NCBI GenBank assembly: GCA_013265495.1
Contig: MU058636.1
Span: 7,270,295 to 7,334,294, forward strand
Reading direction: 5' to 3'
From: Vicugna vicugna
Lineage: Eukaryota
DNA length: 64,000 bases
Each line of letters opens with the position of its first letter. Position 1 is the stretch's first letter. The position numbers and the translations under genes are program-made. A model generated the notes under the pieces. It had not been told where the DNA came from. It made no database searches and worked only from the letters and a program-made list of their open reading frames with translations. Positions 54,068 through 64,000 of the stretch are shown here, piece after piece.

Positions 54068-54961
54068 TAGCTTATTCAAATGCTCAGAGAGCAGCATCCT
54101 CAGACCTCCTGAGAGCACACATTCCTCCTCACCTTGCTCGTGAAATCCGGACAATGAAAGGCCTCCCATTTCCCCCCCCGCACTTTCCCTACCCCTCTCC
54201 TCCTTTTATTCTTGCCTTGATGCTACTGGAAAAGACAGACAGCACCAGTGTGAGCGTATCAGAACAGCAGCTCTTCCATCCTGAAGGAAAAGCTAATCCC
54301 CACCCTATTCCTTCACACGGAGAAGCTAATACTGTTTCCGGTAACTTTTTGACTTTAGTCTCCTCAATCAACTTCTCCATTATTACAGAAGCAGCTAAAA
54401 GATAAATGCAGGTTGTGATGAAAGAGAAGGTGCTCAGTGTGGGTTTCATTCCCAAAAACAGCCGTCACATGTACCCATCCCTGCAGTGTGGCCCCTCAGC
54501 TGCTCTGGACCACTTGTTCTATATCACAAAGCAACGTCCCGCCAGGGCCTGCCCACCTCTGCAACCCAGGCAGGTTTCCTTTTCCTGCTTTAGGGAGGCT
54601 GGTGATCAGTGATGATGTCTTTAACGAAACTCATTACAGCCAAGGAAGCTCACAAACCAGTGCCATTAAAATCTTTGTGCATTTGGGACAAGAGAGTGGG
54701 GCATTTACAAGTGAATTAGCAACTGTTTATTCTTCTTGGAATTAAGATTTGCACACATTTACAGGGAAATGAGAAGCCCCGAGTCTGAGCTCAGAGAAAC
54801 CACAGCCAGAATAAGGGACCCACTGCTGGTCACCTCCTGCCCTCGCCTGGCTATCACTTAGAGACAAGCAGCGCTATTATGAGAGGGCCGCTTGCTGGCA
54901 CCTGTGCCATCCGCACCGAGACTTGGACACGTCTTAAACAAGGAGCGTGCTTATTTCTTAC

Positions 54962-55056
54962 CCTCTGCTTCCGCAGGCTTCCTGGGCTGGTGGGTGATGG
55001 GCTTGGAGACTTGCCCGAGCGCGGAGTAGAGAGCTGACTACCAGGGGTTCCATTAA
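54962..55056 (-). CDS. DCLK1: DCLK1 exon 7 (95 nt), Ser/Pro-rich: (V)[31 protein letters not shown]
   Basis: CCAG| acceptor and AGG|GTAAG donor. The peptide appears in ORF 54854..55120 and matches DCLK1. Confidence 0.97.
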
Positions 55057-55982
55057 CTGGAAGCACAAAGAACCACACAGAGAAAAAAATGCATATTAAA
55101 GAATTCTCGTGACAAATCACCTTCTCAGAGAAACAAATGATTAAAGAGGGACGTTTGCTAAAATTCCAGACAACTTTTTATCTACAGTCCTGAAAACAAA
55201 GTTTCAGGGAGGAATCTTCTTCAGAAATTCACTGTTTCATTAGTCCTGTGTTTAATATAACAGCAGGTTACATTAAAAAAATTTTTAATGTACTTTTCAC
55301 AACTTCCCGGCTGAATTCATTAATGATGCATTTAACTTTTAGGCATGTGTTTAAGGTCCTGAGACACTTTCAGTGGAATTCATGCTTAATTCTTGAATTT
55401 AGCATCCTTGTACTACCCAGGAGGAATAAACATTAGAACGGCTCCCAAGTGATAGTTCCAGCAACTTGTTAAAACAGATCACTGTCTTTTTAGAGTTAAG
55501 AACTCACTTCCAGAAGTGCCTGCATCCACTGGTGCCCTGCACATCCCCCTAGCCTAACTCTTGAAGGACCTGCCTCCAGCAGGACAAAGTAATCGGCACT
55601 GGCATTCAAGGAACCCCTCACAGTTAGTCTTTACTGCTGTTAAAAATAAAAGCTGCTTTCTAACAGGTTTAAATCACCAGGATCGACCTGACTCTCAAGA
55701 CTTTTACACAACGTTATCCCTAAACTGAATCAAAGCCACAGAACTCAGGTAAGCCATTCTCTTCTCTGAGTAACAACACCTCTAAGAGCTGATAAAACAC
55801 TTAAAGACATGACTCTATAAAGATATATCAGGTCACCACCATTTCACCTGTAAAAATGTCAAAATTTTTTACACGTTTTACATCCACAGCCAGTGAAGTA
55901 GGATTTGCAAGGGACACACACGTTCTCGAGGGTGCAGAATAAACATTTTCCACGAGGGAGAGCAATCATGCATTTAACTTAC

Positions 55983-56001
55983 CTTCTATGAGTTCTAACA
56001 T
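55983..56001 (-). CDS. DCLK1: DCLK1 exon 6 coding part (alternative first exon of DCLK1-short and CARP): MLELIE plus 1 nt
   Basis: The minus strand reads ATG TTA GAA CTC ATA GAA G|GTAAGT, a perfect donor. It is phase 1 and joins TT AAT GGA of exon 7 to give V-N-G. It matches the known MLELIE N-terminus and is too short for the ORF track. Confidence 0.95.
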
Positions 56002-56450
56002 GGACACAGCCTCGGGGTCTAACCTGACCAACCAGAGCAAGAGGCAGAGCTCCCCCCCAGCACTAAGCCCCGCACCGCAGAAAAGGGAAGCGCTTGGACT
56101 AGTTGGGGACGGCTAAGGCTGCTCCCAGAGCAGGCTGAATGAGATGCAGGATTCATCAGCAGATGCCTCTTCTGCGCAAGGCTGACGTCTTCAAAGCAGC
56201 AGTGGGAGGTGCGGGTTCTGTCTTCGGCTACATCAAAGGTGTCAATTAAGCCTCATGCCAACGCGGAACCACCGCAACCCCCACCCCCACCAGTAACTCC
56301 CGGAAGCTGGAGCCCTTTCTGTACTTTGCACTGAATCATAATGAAGTGCCTCTGGGGGCAAGAGACCCGGCGGTGACTCATCTGAAAATCAAGATGACAA
56401 TAACTCTTCTAAAGCCCGGTGACTACCCAGTAATAAGGGGTAGTAAGTAC
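56002..56450 (-). promoter_or_regulatory. DCLK1: 5' UTR and internal (beta) promoter of DCLK1-short/CARP
   Basis: Locally GC/CpG-richer region directly upstream of the MLELIE ATG. Motifs: CRE-like TGACGTCT (56183-56190), TCF/LEF ACATCAAAG (56230-56238), ETS CCGGAAG (~56299-56305), AP-1 TGACTCA (56374-56380). The TSS cannot be placed from sequence. Confidence 0.7.
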
Positions 56451-57198
56451 ACCCTGACAAAATTCAGTGGTAAAGTACATGTTTATTGATTTTGCACCCA
56501 CAATGTTTGCACCAAACCTTAGGGCCCATGCAAGTGGGAAGCTTCTTGTTTTGTCATCTTCTCCAAAGACCTTTAACAAATGTCACAGAACTCATGCTGC
56601 ACTAATCTGTATTTTGCCTTTGAAATGTATTCGGTGTCTCCATCTAAAATACACACACACAACAACTTTTTTTTTTTTTTTTTTTGGCAGACTGAAGTAG
56701 GAAGCACCGAGAATGCTTGAATCTGCTTGCCTTCTACAATCCTGCCTTTGCTGAGTGAGCCTGGGGCTCTGGCCTCACGGCACTACACCTCCCAGCCAGC
56801 GGCCCCTGCAGGAAGGGCTCTGGAACAGGCAGGGACTAAAGAACTGTGGGCAGAGACAGAATCCACCACCAGTAAGGCAAGAGACCCCCTAGGAGCTGAC
56901 TGGAAAACAGGCTTTGTGAAGGTAACATCTTCTTCGCCTACTTTCTATGTTACTTTACATCTTTAGGTCACTCCCAAAGGCTACCCGGATTGGGGAAAAT
57001 GAGCAAATGGGAAATCAAACACAGTATTCACATTTTTCACTTTTGGGACTCTAATTTTCCCAAGCAAATGAGACATAGAAAAAAAGAGAAAGCGCCCTCT
57101 CAGGAAAGCAGCCTTAGGAATACCTAGCTTAAAAAGGCAAAACAACAACAAAAAGCTTGCATTTACTAAGTACTCATTATGTGTGCATCTCAGGAGCT

Positions 57199-57243
57199 TG
57201 TGCGCGCTAAGCACACGCTCTACCACTGAGCTATACCCTCCCG
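57199..57243 (-). mobile_element. 5' fragment of the same tRNA-derived SINE
   Basis: tgtgcgcgctaagcacacgctctaccactgagctataccctccc; A-box half only. Confidence 0.7.
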
Positions 57244-57298
57244 CCTCAGCTTAATGAAGACTTATTTTCTATGGACCAGTTAATGCACTTAAACCTTT

Positions 57299-57372
57299 CA
57301 TATATATATATGAATATATATATACATACACACACATATATAAACATATATACAACATACACACATATATTA
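57299..57372. repeat. (TA)/(CA) low-complexity repeat
   Basis: Direct reading. Confidence 0.85.
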
Positions 57373-57479
57373 ACTCATTTAACTCTTACAATAACTCTGT
57401 GAGGCAAGCACAATGATTTTACAAATGACGAGGCATAAAGATGATCAGCAACTTGACCGGTGAAGCAAAGCAATCCAGA

Positions 57480-58290
57480 CCCCGCTCTCCACCATCACCC
57501 TCCCTTACTGCACCAGCCTTCTAGCCTGCAGGGAAATCAGGTAAATAAACTCATAATCACAACAAAGTGTCCTGAGAGGGGAAGTACTGGGTGTTGTTAT
57601 TGGAATCCTGACAACCTATGGGGTCAGGACTGGCCTACACCTTACAGAGGGTAACAGGTAATGAAGCCAGGCCCTAAGTATTAGTGGGAGTCTGCAGGTG
57701 AAGGAGGGTAGGGGATGACAAGGGAAGGTGTTCCAAGGTGAGGGCCCACCTGTTTCATGGCTGGGCATGGAAGAGGAGTCAAATGTGGGGCTTTGAAGGG
57801 ACCTAAATTAGTTAGCATAGCAGGAAAGGGGAGATGGAGGGCAGGACCTTCCAAAAGAGGATGGAGGAGGCAGCGGTCACACACTGCCGGGCTCTGACAT
57901 TCAAGTTAAAGAGTTTGGTTTTTATCCAAAGTAAAATGAGAAGCTACTGAATGATTTTAAGCAGGAGCCAGAGGATCAGCTGTGCATTTCAAAAAGCTCT
58001 CAAGAGCTCTTGTCCTGTCCAGAACGGATTAGGGGAGCACGCAGTTGGAGCAGGGACATTCCTTAGTAGCATGTCCAGGTAGGAGAGAGCATGGCAAGTT
58101 TAAGGGTCCTGTGGTCAGAGAGGTGGTGTGGCTGGATCTAGGACAGTGCAGTGGAGGTGGAGGTAAATGGAAACATTCCAGAGAGACTTAAGAGAACACT
58201 TTAGGATGTGGTAACTGATTGGTTGAAGAGGATTAAGGCTAGAGGTGGAGCAAGTTTGGAAGGACAGAGAGTTTGGACATGTTTAACTGA
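57480..58290. mobile_element. L2 LINE fragment
   Basis: Purine-rich L2 motifs: gagtttggtttttatccaaagtaaaatgagaagctactgaatgattttaagcagg and ggtaactgattgg. Confidence 0.6.
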
Positions 58291-58494
58291 AGAATCTTGG
58301 GTGATTTCAATTCTGCATTGTATGTACCTTCATATACTCAACCTGAGGAAAAAAAGAAAAAAGAAAGAAAAACATTTGCATTGTAGGTTGGTGTCATTTT
58401 TTTCTGTTTTAGATGGGGAAACTGAGGTTCAGAGAAGTCATCTGTCCAAAGACAAACAGCTGGAAGGTGGCAGAGCTAGAACTGGATTTCGTTT

Positions 58495-58636
58495 CTTTCC
58501 TTTTTTTTAAAGTTTTTTATTTATTTAATGATTTTATTTATTTAGGGGGGAAGTAATTAGGTTTATTTTTTTAATGGCAGTACTGGGGGTTGAATCCAGG
58601 ACCTCATGCATGCTAAGTTGAGCTGTACTCTCCCCC
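58495..58636 (-). mobile_element. tRNA-derived SINE (Vic-1-like) with an internal deletion in the head
   Basis: Same head family as the 53351 copy, plus the tail segment AAATAAACCTAATTACTTCCCCCC and an A-rich end. Confidence 0.8.
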
Positions 58637-61600
58637 TCATTTATTTCTTACTCAAAGAACTGTACACTTTTCCCACGAGGGGCCTGTCCTGGCACCTCAG
58701 GACATGACCACGACTCTTGCCCCCCCCACCCCCCGTCTGCAGAGCTAAGGATGTGTAGGTTTCTCTATCACTGGGGCGCTCGAACCTGCCTCCTTTTTTT
58801 TAAAGCCAGTAGGCTTAGGGCTTCTACCTGTGTTGCCATCTCCCTGGAGAAATAAATTTCAAGCGCCAAACAAGTCATTTAAAACCAAACATTTTTGGAA
58901 CACAATCTGCTTGCAAGTTAGGAACGACCTGTATTCTCAAGGTCAGAGGTCTGTTCTCACTCTTCCTCTTGGCCACCTGAAAAGCACTGGCAGCTTCTTA
59001 AAATGCTTCTTGGCCTCCAGAAAACATCACACACCTTAGTGTGGGATCACTGCTGGAATAAGGAATTTTATTTCACAAGTTTGACACATGTGTTGAGAGC
59101 TCAGTTGTTTTCTATCCTGTAATACCAGAAGTCCCTGAGGGCCAATAAAAAAGGCTTTGTCTTTTATTTGCTAGAACTCATTAAAATTCAACTAACAGAA
59201 AGAGTTACTTAACAGAGGCCTTTTATTACACAGTTCTTTCTTTTGAATGGGAAAAATTCAACTTCATAAGATTGCTTTTGAATGGCCAAGCAGGTCTAAC
59301 AATTGGTTACTTCAATCGGAAGTCACCAACATCTGAATGACTAAAGCACTCATCAGACCCACTGCTTTAAATCCAGTTCTGGCTTCCCTGTCTCAGATTT
59401 GTCCATGGACATTTCCCTTAAATCCTGTATCCTTTGCTCTGGCTGTTACCACCTGACGGAGAAGTGCTAAAAAACTTCAGGCTGGATTATTGTCATATCC
59501 TGTGATGATCAATTACATGATTAGCCACCAAAGAGCTATGGAAAAGAATCTGTGAAGCTGATTTCTACCATCTTTAGTCCATGCCCTTCTGGGCACCGAA
59601 GCCTAGCAGGGACACAAAAGCCTAAATTTTTCACAGCACATGATTCCTCATGAAAGATCCGACCTCATTTTTTCCTTCATCATTTCAGATCGATGATCCT
59701 ACTTGACTTTACTCCTTGGAGCCATGAATTCAGGATTCTATAATCAACCAGTCAGTACGCACAAGGTACACTTATTTTGCGCCCGACTCTATCTAGTGGT
59801 CTCCTGTTTCCCCAAACTTAAAACTGAATATGAAAGTTACTTAAAAAAAATTCTAGAATTGGGGAAAACTTGGCTTCCTCGTTCTAATTCATGGCTCCTT
59901 TTAAATGACTTTAGGCTCATATGTGTGCTACCTTAGCAAACCCTTTGTGAACACAGAGGGTTTCTTCCCTTTACAGTCTCGTTCTTAAAAGGCTCAGACC
60001 GCAAGTGCAGACTCAATGTTTAAATGCCTCAAGCTGGTCCTGAAGTTAGAACAAACTTCATGCAAGACTAAGCTGACTACCCTTTTGGACCTGAAAACCC
60101 TCCTGGCCGTTTCCCTTCTTCTTGCTGCACTTAAGGCGGCTCATTTATTTATGTGCCGCGTTTGCAGGGATGAGGGGAGGGAAGGTGTCTGCGTGTATCT
60201 GGGCCCCTCCGTCTGTGTGTGCAGCGGGTGGTGATCCAGGCACGCTGCCCGGCGGAGCTGGCTGCTTGCCCTGGACTCTCCCTCGCTCCCTCATCATGGA
60301 GGAGGCTGCAGACTCTAAAATATGCCTTCCCAGCCAGCCTTTGTCCATTGCCTGCCACCCTATCAAGGGAAAAAAAGGAAGGAAAGAAAAAGCAGATGGA
60401 GTCAACTGAGGCAAAGAGAAAATAGACAAGTGTCTCCTGGGAGGGGGAGCTCTTGAGAAAAAGGCTTTTTCCTAATTCTGTCTTCCCAGGGCCTCAGTTC
60501 ACGGGGGAGGTGGAGCCCTGATTTTCTCCACTCGTCTGCCTTCTCATGTGCTGAGACAAGGGGTGCAGTTCAGAGACTGTCTTCCCTACTGAGGATAATG
60601 GAAAGTGGGGAGGTCAACAGAAACAGTGGGGATGGGGAAAAGAACATGGCTCTATGAGTTAATTTTTTTAAATAAATATTTACAAAAAGGCCCTTGAACC
60701 TCAGGAAATCTCAGCAACCTGAAAAGATCCCACTGTTCCTGAACTCACTCATCTGGTCAGCACGGACCCAGTAGCTACCGTGGGCTTGAAGGGCATGCAG
60801 AATGGAATGTGTGATGCGTGCTGCTTGTCCCCAGAGACCTCATGACTCGGTTAGGATGATACAGTTTGTCGTCCGTAGCCCCGGAGCCGAATCGAGTGTC
60901 GCAGGACTGGAGAGGCGGGAAAGACCCTCACAGGGGTCACCTGGGCCACACTGGGGGTGTGCACGACGCACAGGAAGTGACAGAGGAAGCCTTCTAGAAA
61001 GCGATAGGAATTAAGAAAGGTACAAGGCGGAAAAGCCCCAGGGGTATCTGGCGGCAGTTTAAGCTGGTTTGCAGGCTGGAGCACGAGTTCAGAGAAGACA
61101 CAGGAGAGATGGCTGCAAAGGAAGACTGGCCGGACCCCGACGGTTCTTCACCTGAGAATAAAGAGTGGAGACTTCACTCGGCTACAAGGCTGACATGAGT
61201 GTGCCAGGCAGACGCAAGGAGCAGAGGACAAAGGCAGGAAGGAGGCCAGCGACACGTGGTTCCTGCAGCTGGGAGAAACCCCAGTCCTAGGACAGCATCG
61301 CCAAGGAGGAGCCGGGAGGGCTGGGGATAGACTACATGTGGAAGAGGAGGGGGAAGAGGAGTCAGAGATGATTGCAGGGTAAACGGAAATGATTATTAAC
61401 TCAATAGTGAAACAGGGTCATCTGGAGTCCTCTGATTTACAATTATGAAGATGTGTCAGCTGGGATCCCAGAAGAGGGTCCCAGAGTCATGAGCTCTGTG
61501 CCCCTGCAGACCCCTTGTGGGTGCTTTGCCCCCACCCTAGCGGGGACTGCAGGGCGCCTCCCCCTGCAGTGAAGCCTGCGTGGCAGCCCCAGGCCAGCCC

Positions 61601-61699
61601 CGCAATGACCCCGGGACAGCGCGGCCTGGGCCCGCCCGCTGGGATGGAGCTTCCACAGGTCACCCGTGGTGTCCTCGCTGCCAAATCCTATGACCTCCC

Positions 61700-62790
61700 T
61701 TCAGTTCTCATGACCTCCCACTTGCCCTCTTCACACTTCTGGCCTCGCCCTCCTTCTCGAACCTTCCTGCCCCCTTGACGTCTGTTAGCGCGCTCTCTCC
61801 GTTCCTTTGCCTCTTCTCACCTGCCCCCGTAACTGCACGTGGTCCCAGGGCTCCGTGTTCATCCTCACCTTACAAACCTCCCGTCGGGTTAAGGGGAGCA
61901 GGATGTTACCTTCCCACGATTTAAATCACCCCTATGCACCAGGGTCTCCCAAGCAGGTATTGTCACAGCTCAACCCGGACTTCAACACAGTTACCCACCG
62001 CTTGCCTCCTGGTGCGTCCACCCTCATGTCTACAAGGGACCCATTCCCTCTCTCCTCCTCGACTGACAAACCATCACCTCTGACCCCTCTTCTCTTCCTC
62101 TGGCCTCATATCCACTTAAATTCCTGGTTTCATTTCCCCTTTGAAGTCCCACCTCCCCCCATTTTAAACGTTGCTGTTTCAATCCTGCCCTGACAGTTTC
62201 CTCCTGGGATGACTACAGTGGCTTCGTGGAGCCTTCCCGGCCTGGGACCCTTCACGCATAGCCATCCTCTATACCACTGTGCCGTTGTTTTCTAAAATCC
62301 AAATAAAAATCAGATCATGGCCTTACTAGAAATCCTCTTTCACCCCCTAATACCTGCAACAAAATCATGCCTGTGTGATGCTGCAAGCTCGCCATGACCA
62401 ACTGGGCCCCACCACCTTCTCCCCTTCCTGGAAGTCTATCATTCATTTTTACTGGACTAGCAATTTTTCCTTAAACATGCCATATGCCTTTGTACCTTTA
62501 TGCTTTAACTCTCCTTGTTTTCTCAGGTGGTGATGCCCCCGGCCCTTCTGATGCTGGCAGGACCCTTCAAGTCCTAGTTTATAAGTCTTTTTCTCTGGCC
62601 CTGTTGGTGAGATTTAGCCCCTTGTTGCTCTGGGCTGTCATGGTACTCACTACACGGTTAGAGTCAGTGGTACACATGTTTGTCTCCCAACCTGAAGACA
62701 AGAACTGTGGTTTAATCATCTTTGTGTCCTTACAACCTAGTACATGTCTGGAACACAGTAGATACTCAGGAAATATTTATTTAATCAACA
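61700..62790. mobile_element. L2 LINE fragment including the 3' end
   Basis: Pyrimidine-rich body with tttctaaaatcc...atcagatcatgg, ending ctggaacacagtagatactcaggaaatatttatttaat. Confidence 0.6.
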
Positions 62791-64000
62791 CGGGGCATTA
62801 ACATGGGAGGAATCCTGATGTAGGGTGCTGCCCCCACACAGACAGAGGGTGAAAGACAATGGGTCAAAGCTGTGAAGAGTATCTCGGAAACACCCGCTGA
62901 GGGTGAGCCCTGGGGGAACTGACAGGTGCAGGGAAGGAGAATGGGAGGAGGATTCAGCTTTATATGCAGCAAAAATGTCTAAAAACACAGGGGATGGCCC
63001 TCTTGATTTTCTTGGTGCATTTTGTTTTCAACAATTCCCTTGGAACGTCAGAGCAGGAAGAATCCTCTTCTGAAATCTCTACACCAAAGGGAAAAGGCTG
63101 AACTCAAAATTAACAGCTAGCAATCTGCCTTGGAAGGTGTTTGATATAAATTAAAAAATTGACAAATTGGACTGGTAAACTGATTAAAATTCTCTTCGCT
63201 TCCCCAGCTTTGGTTCTTGTCTTATCTGCGTAAGTTGCACAAAGTATTTTTATATAACTGTAAAAAAGTAAAATATGACTAGCATAAATAAAAAGACTTC
63301 AGGATTTCCAGAGTCACATACAAGTAAGTTTGAAGCCCGGGAAATATGGAATGAATGGTGCCCCCACCATGGTAGAAGGTCATTAACCAAGGTGTCCAGC
63401 TTTTCCCTCGTTCACGTGTTCACTCTGGCATCTCCAGCATCGCTGGTCCATGGTGGGTTCTCAGTGTACATTGAATGAATGAATGGTTGTTGCCATGAGT
63501 GTTTCTACCTTAGACTATAAGCTTCTGGAGGGCAAGAAAGTGCATCAGCTCATGCTTGAATTGACGGGTGTAAGGCACCCACTGGGGCCTAAGCTGTGTT
63601 TGTCTTGGTTTCTATAGACAGAGTGTCTCAACAGGGGGTGCCACTCTACAAGGAAAACATGGCCATCCATCTAAATGGATAAATAAAACTCTAAAGCAAA
63701 CCCAAAAAACCCCTGAAGTTCTTCTAAGGGATCCAAGAAGAGATTAAAACTTTGAAATCTGTAAGTTCCTAGGGAGGACTGCAGCAACAAAAACCCAGGC
63801 TAGGTAAATGCGGTTCTCATACACTTTCAGTATTAAGAAAACAACATCGAGCAAAACTAAACTTTATCCATTCTTACTGGAATTGAACTAGCGCATATAA
63901 TAGCCTTATTTGGGGGGATGCTTTGTTATAACTTCCCTGTGCAGATAAAGGAGTTTATTGAAAAGAAATTCACATTTAAATGACGTATTTTATGAGATGT

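Noticed and set aside
92..63478. Remaining 60-160 aa ORFs in the track
   Set aside because: They are short, many start at non-ATG codons or overlap repeats, and none resembles a protein beyond the embedded DCLK1 exons.
56450..64000. Doublecortin-domain exons of DCLK1-long
   Set aside because: No DCX-domain peptide is recognisable in the ORF track or by reading. The region is intron with L2, MIR and SINE relics.

Overview
Mammalian genomic DNA holding the 3' half of the doublecortin-like kinase 1 (DCLK1) gene on the minus strand. The animal is most likely a camelid, judged from tRNA-derived SINEs that resemble my recollection of Vic-1. I resolved 13 exons with GT/AG boundaries and consistent phases. 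These are the internal first exon MLELIE (exon 6, short isoforms), the Ser/Pro-rich exon 7, the alternative terminal exon 8 (CARP/DCL) with an apparent ~5 kb 3' UTR, and exons 9-18 covering the whole kinase domain. Exons 6, 7 and 9-18 join into an open 379-codon frame. Exons 6, 7 and 8 give a 56-aa CARP peptide. The DCX-domain exons lie beyond the right edge and exons 19-20 beyond the left edge. Exon numbers follow the rodent literature as I recall it. The rest is intron with MIR, L2, L1, L3, MER5, an LTR-like element and microsatellites. I found no wholly new biological system. The best leads are a tandem donor and tandem acceptor on the same intron, two long intronic hairpins, the internal promoter with a possible uORF, CTCF-like sites, and a dimeric 29-bp minisatellite.
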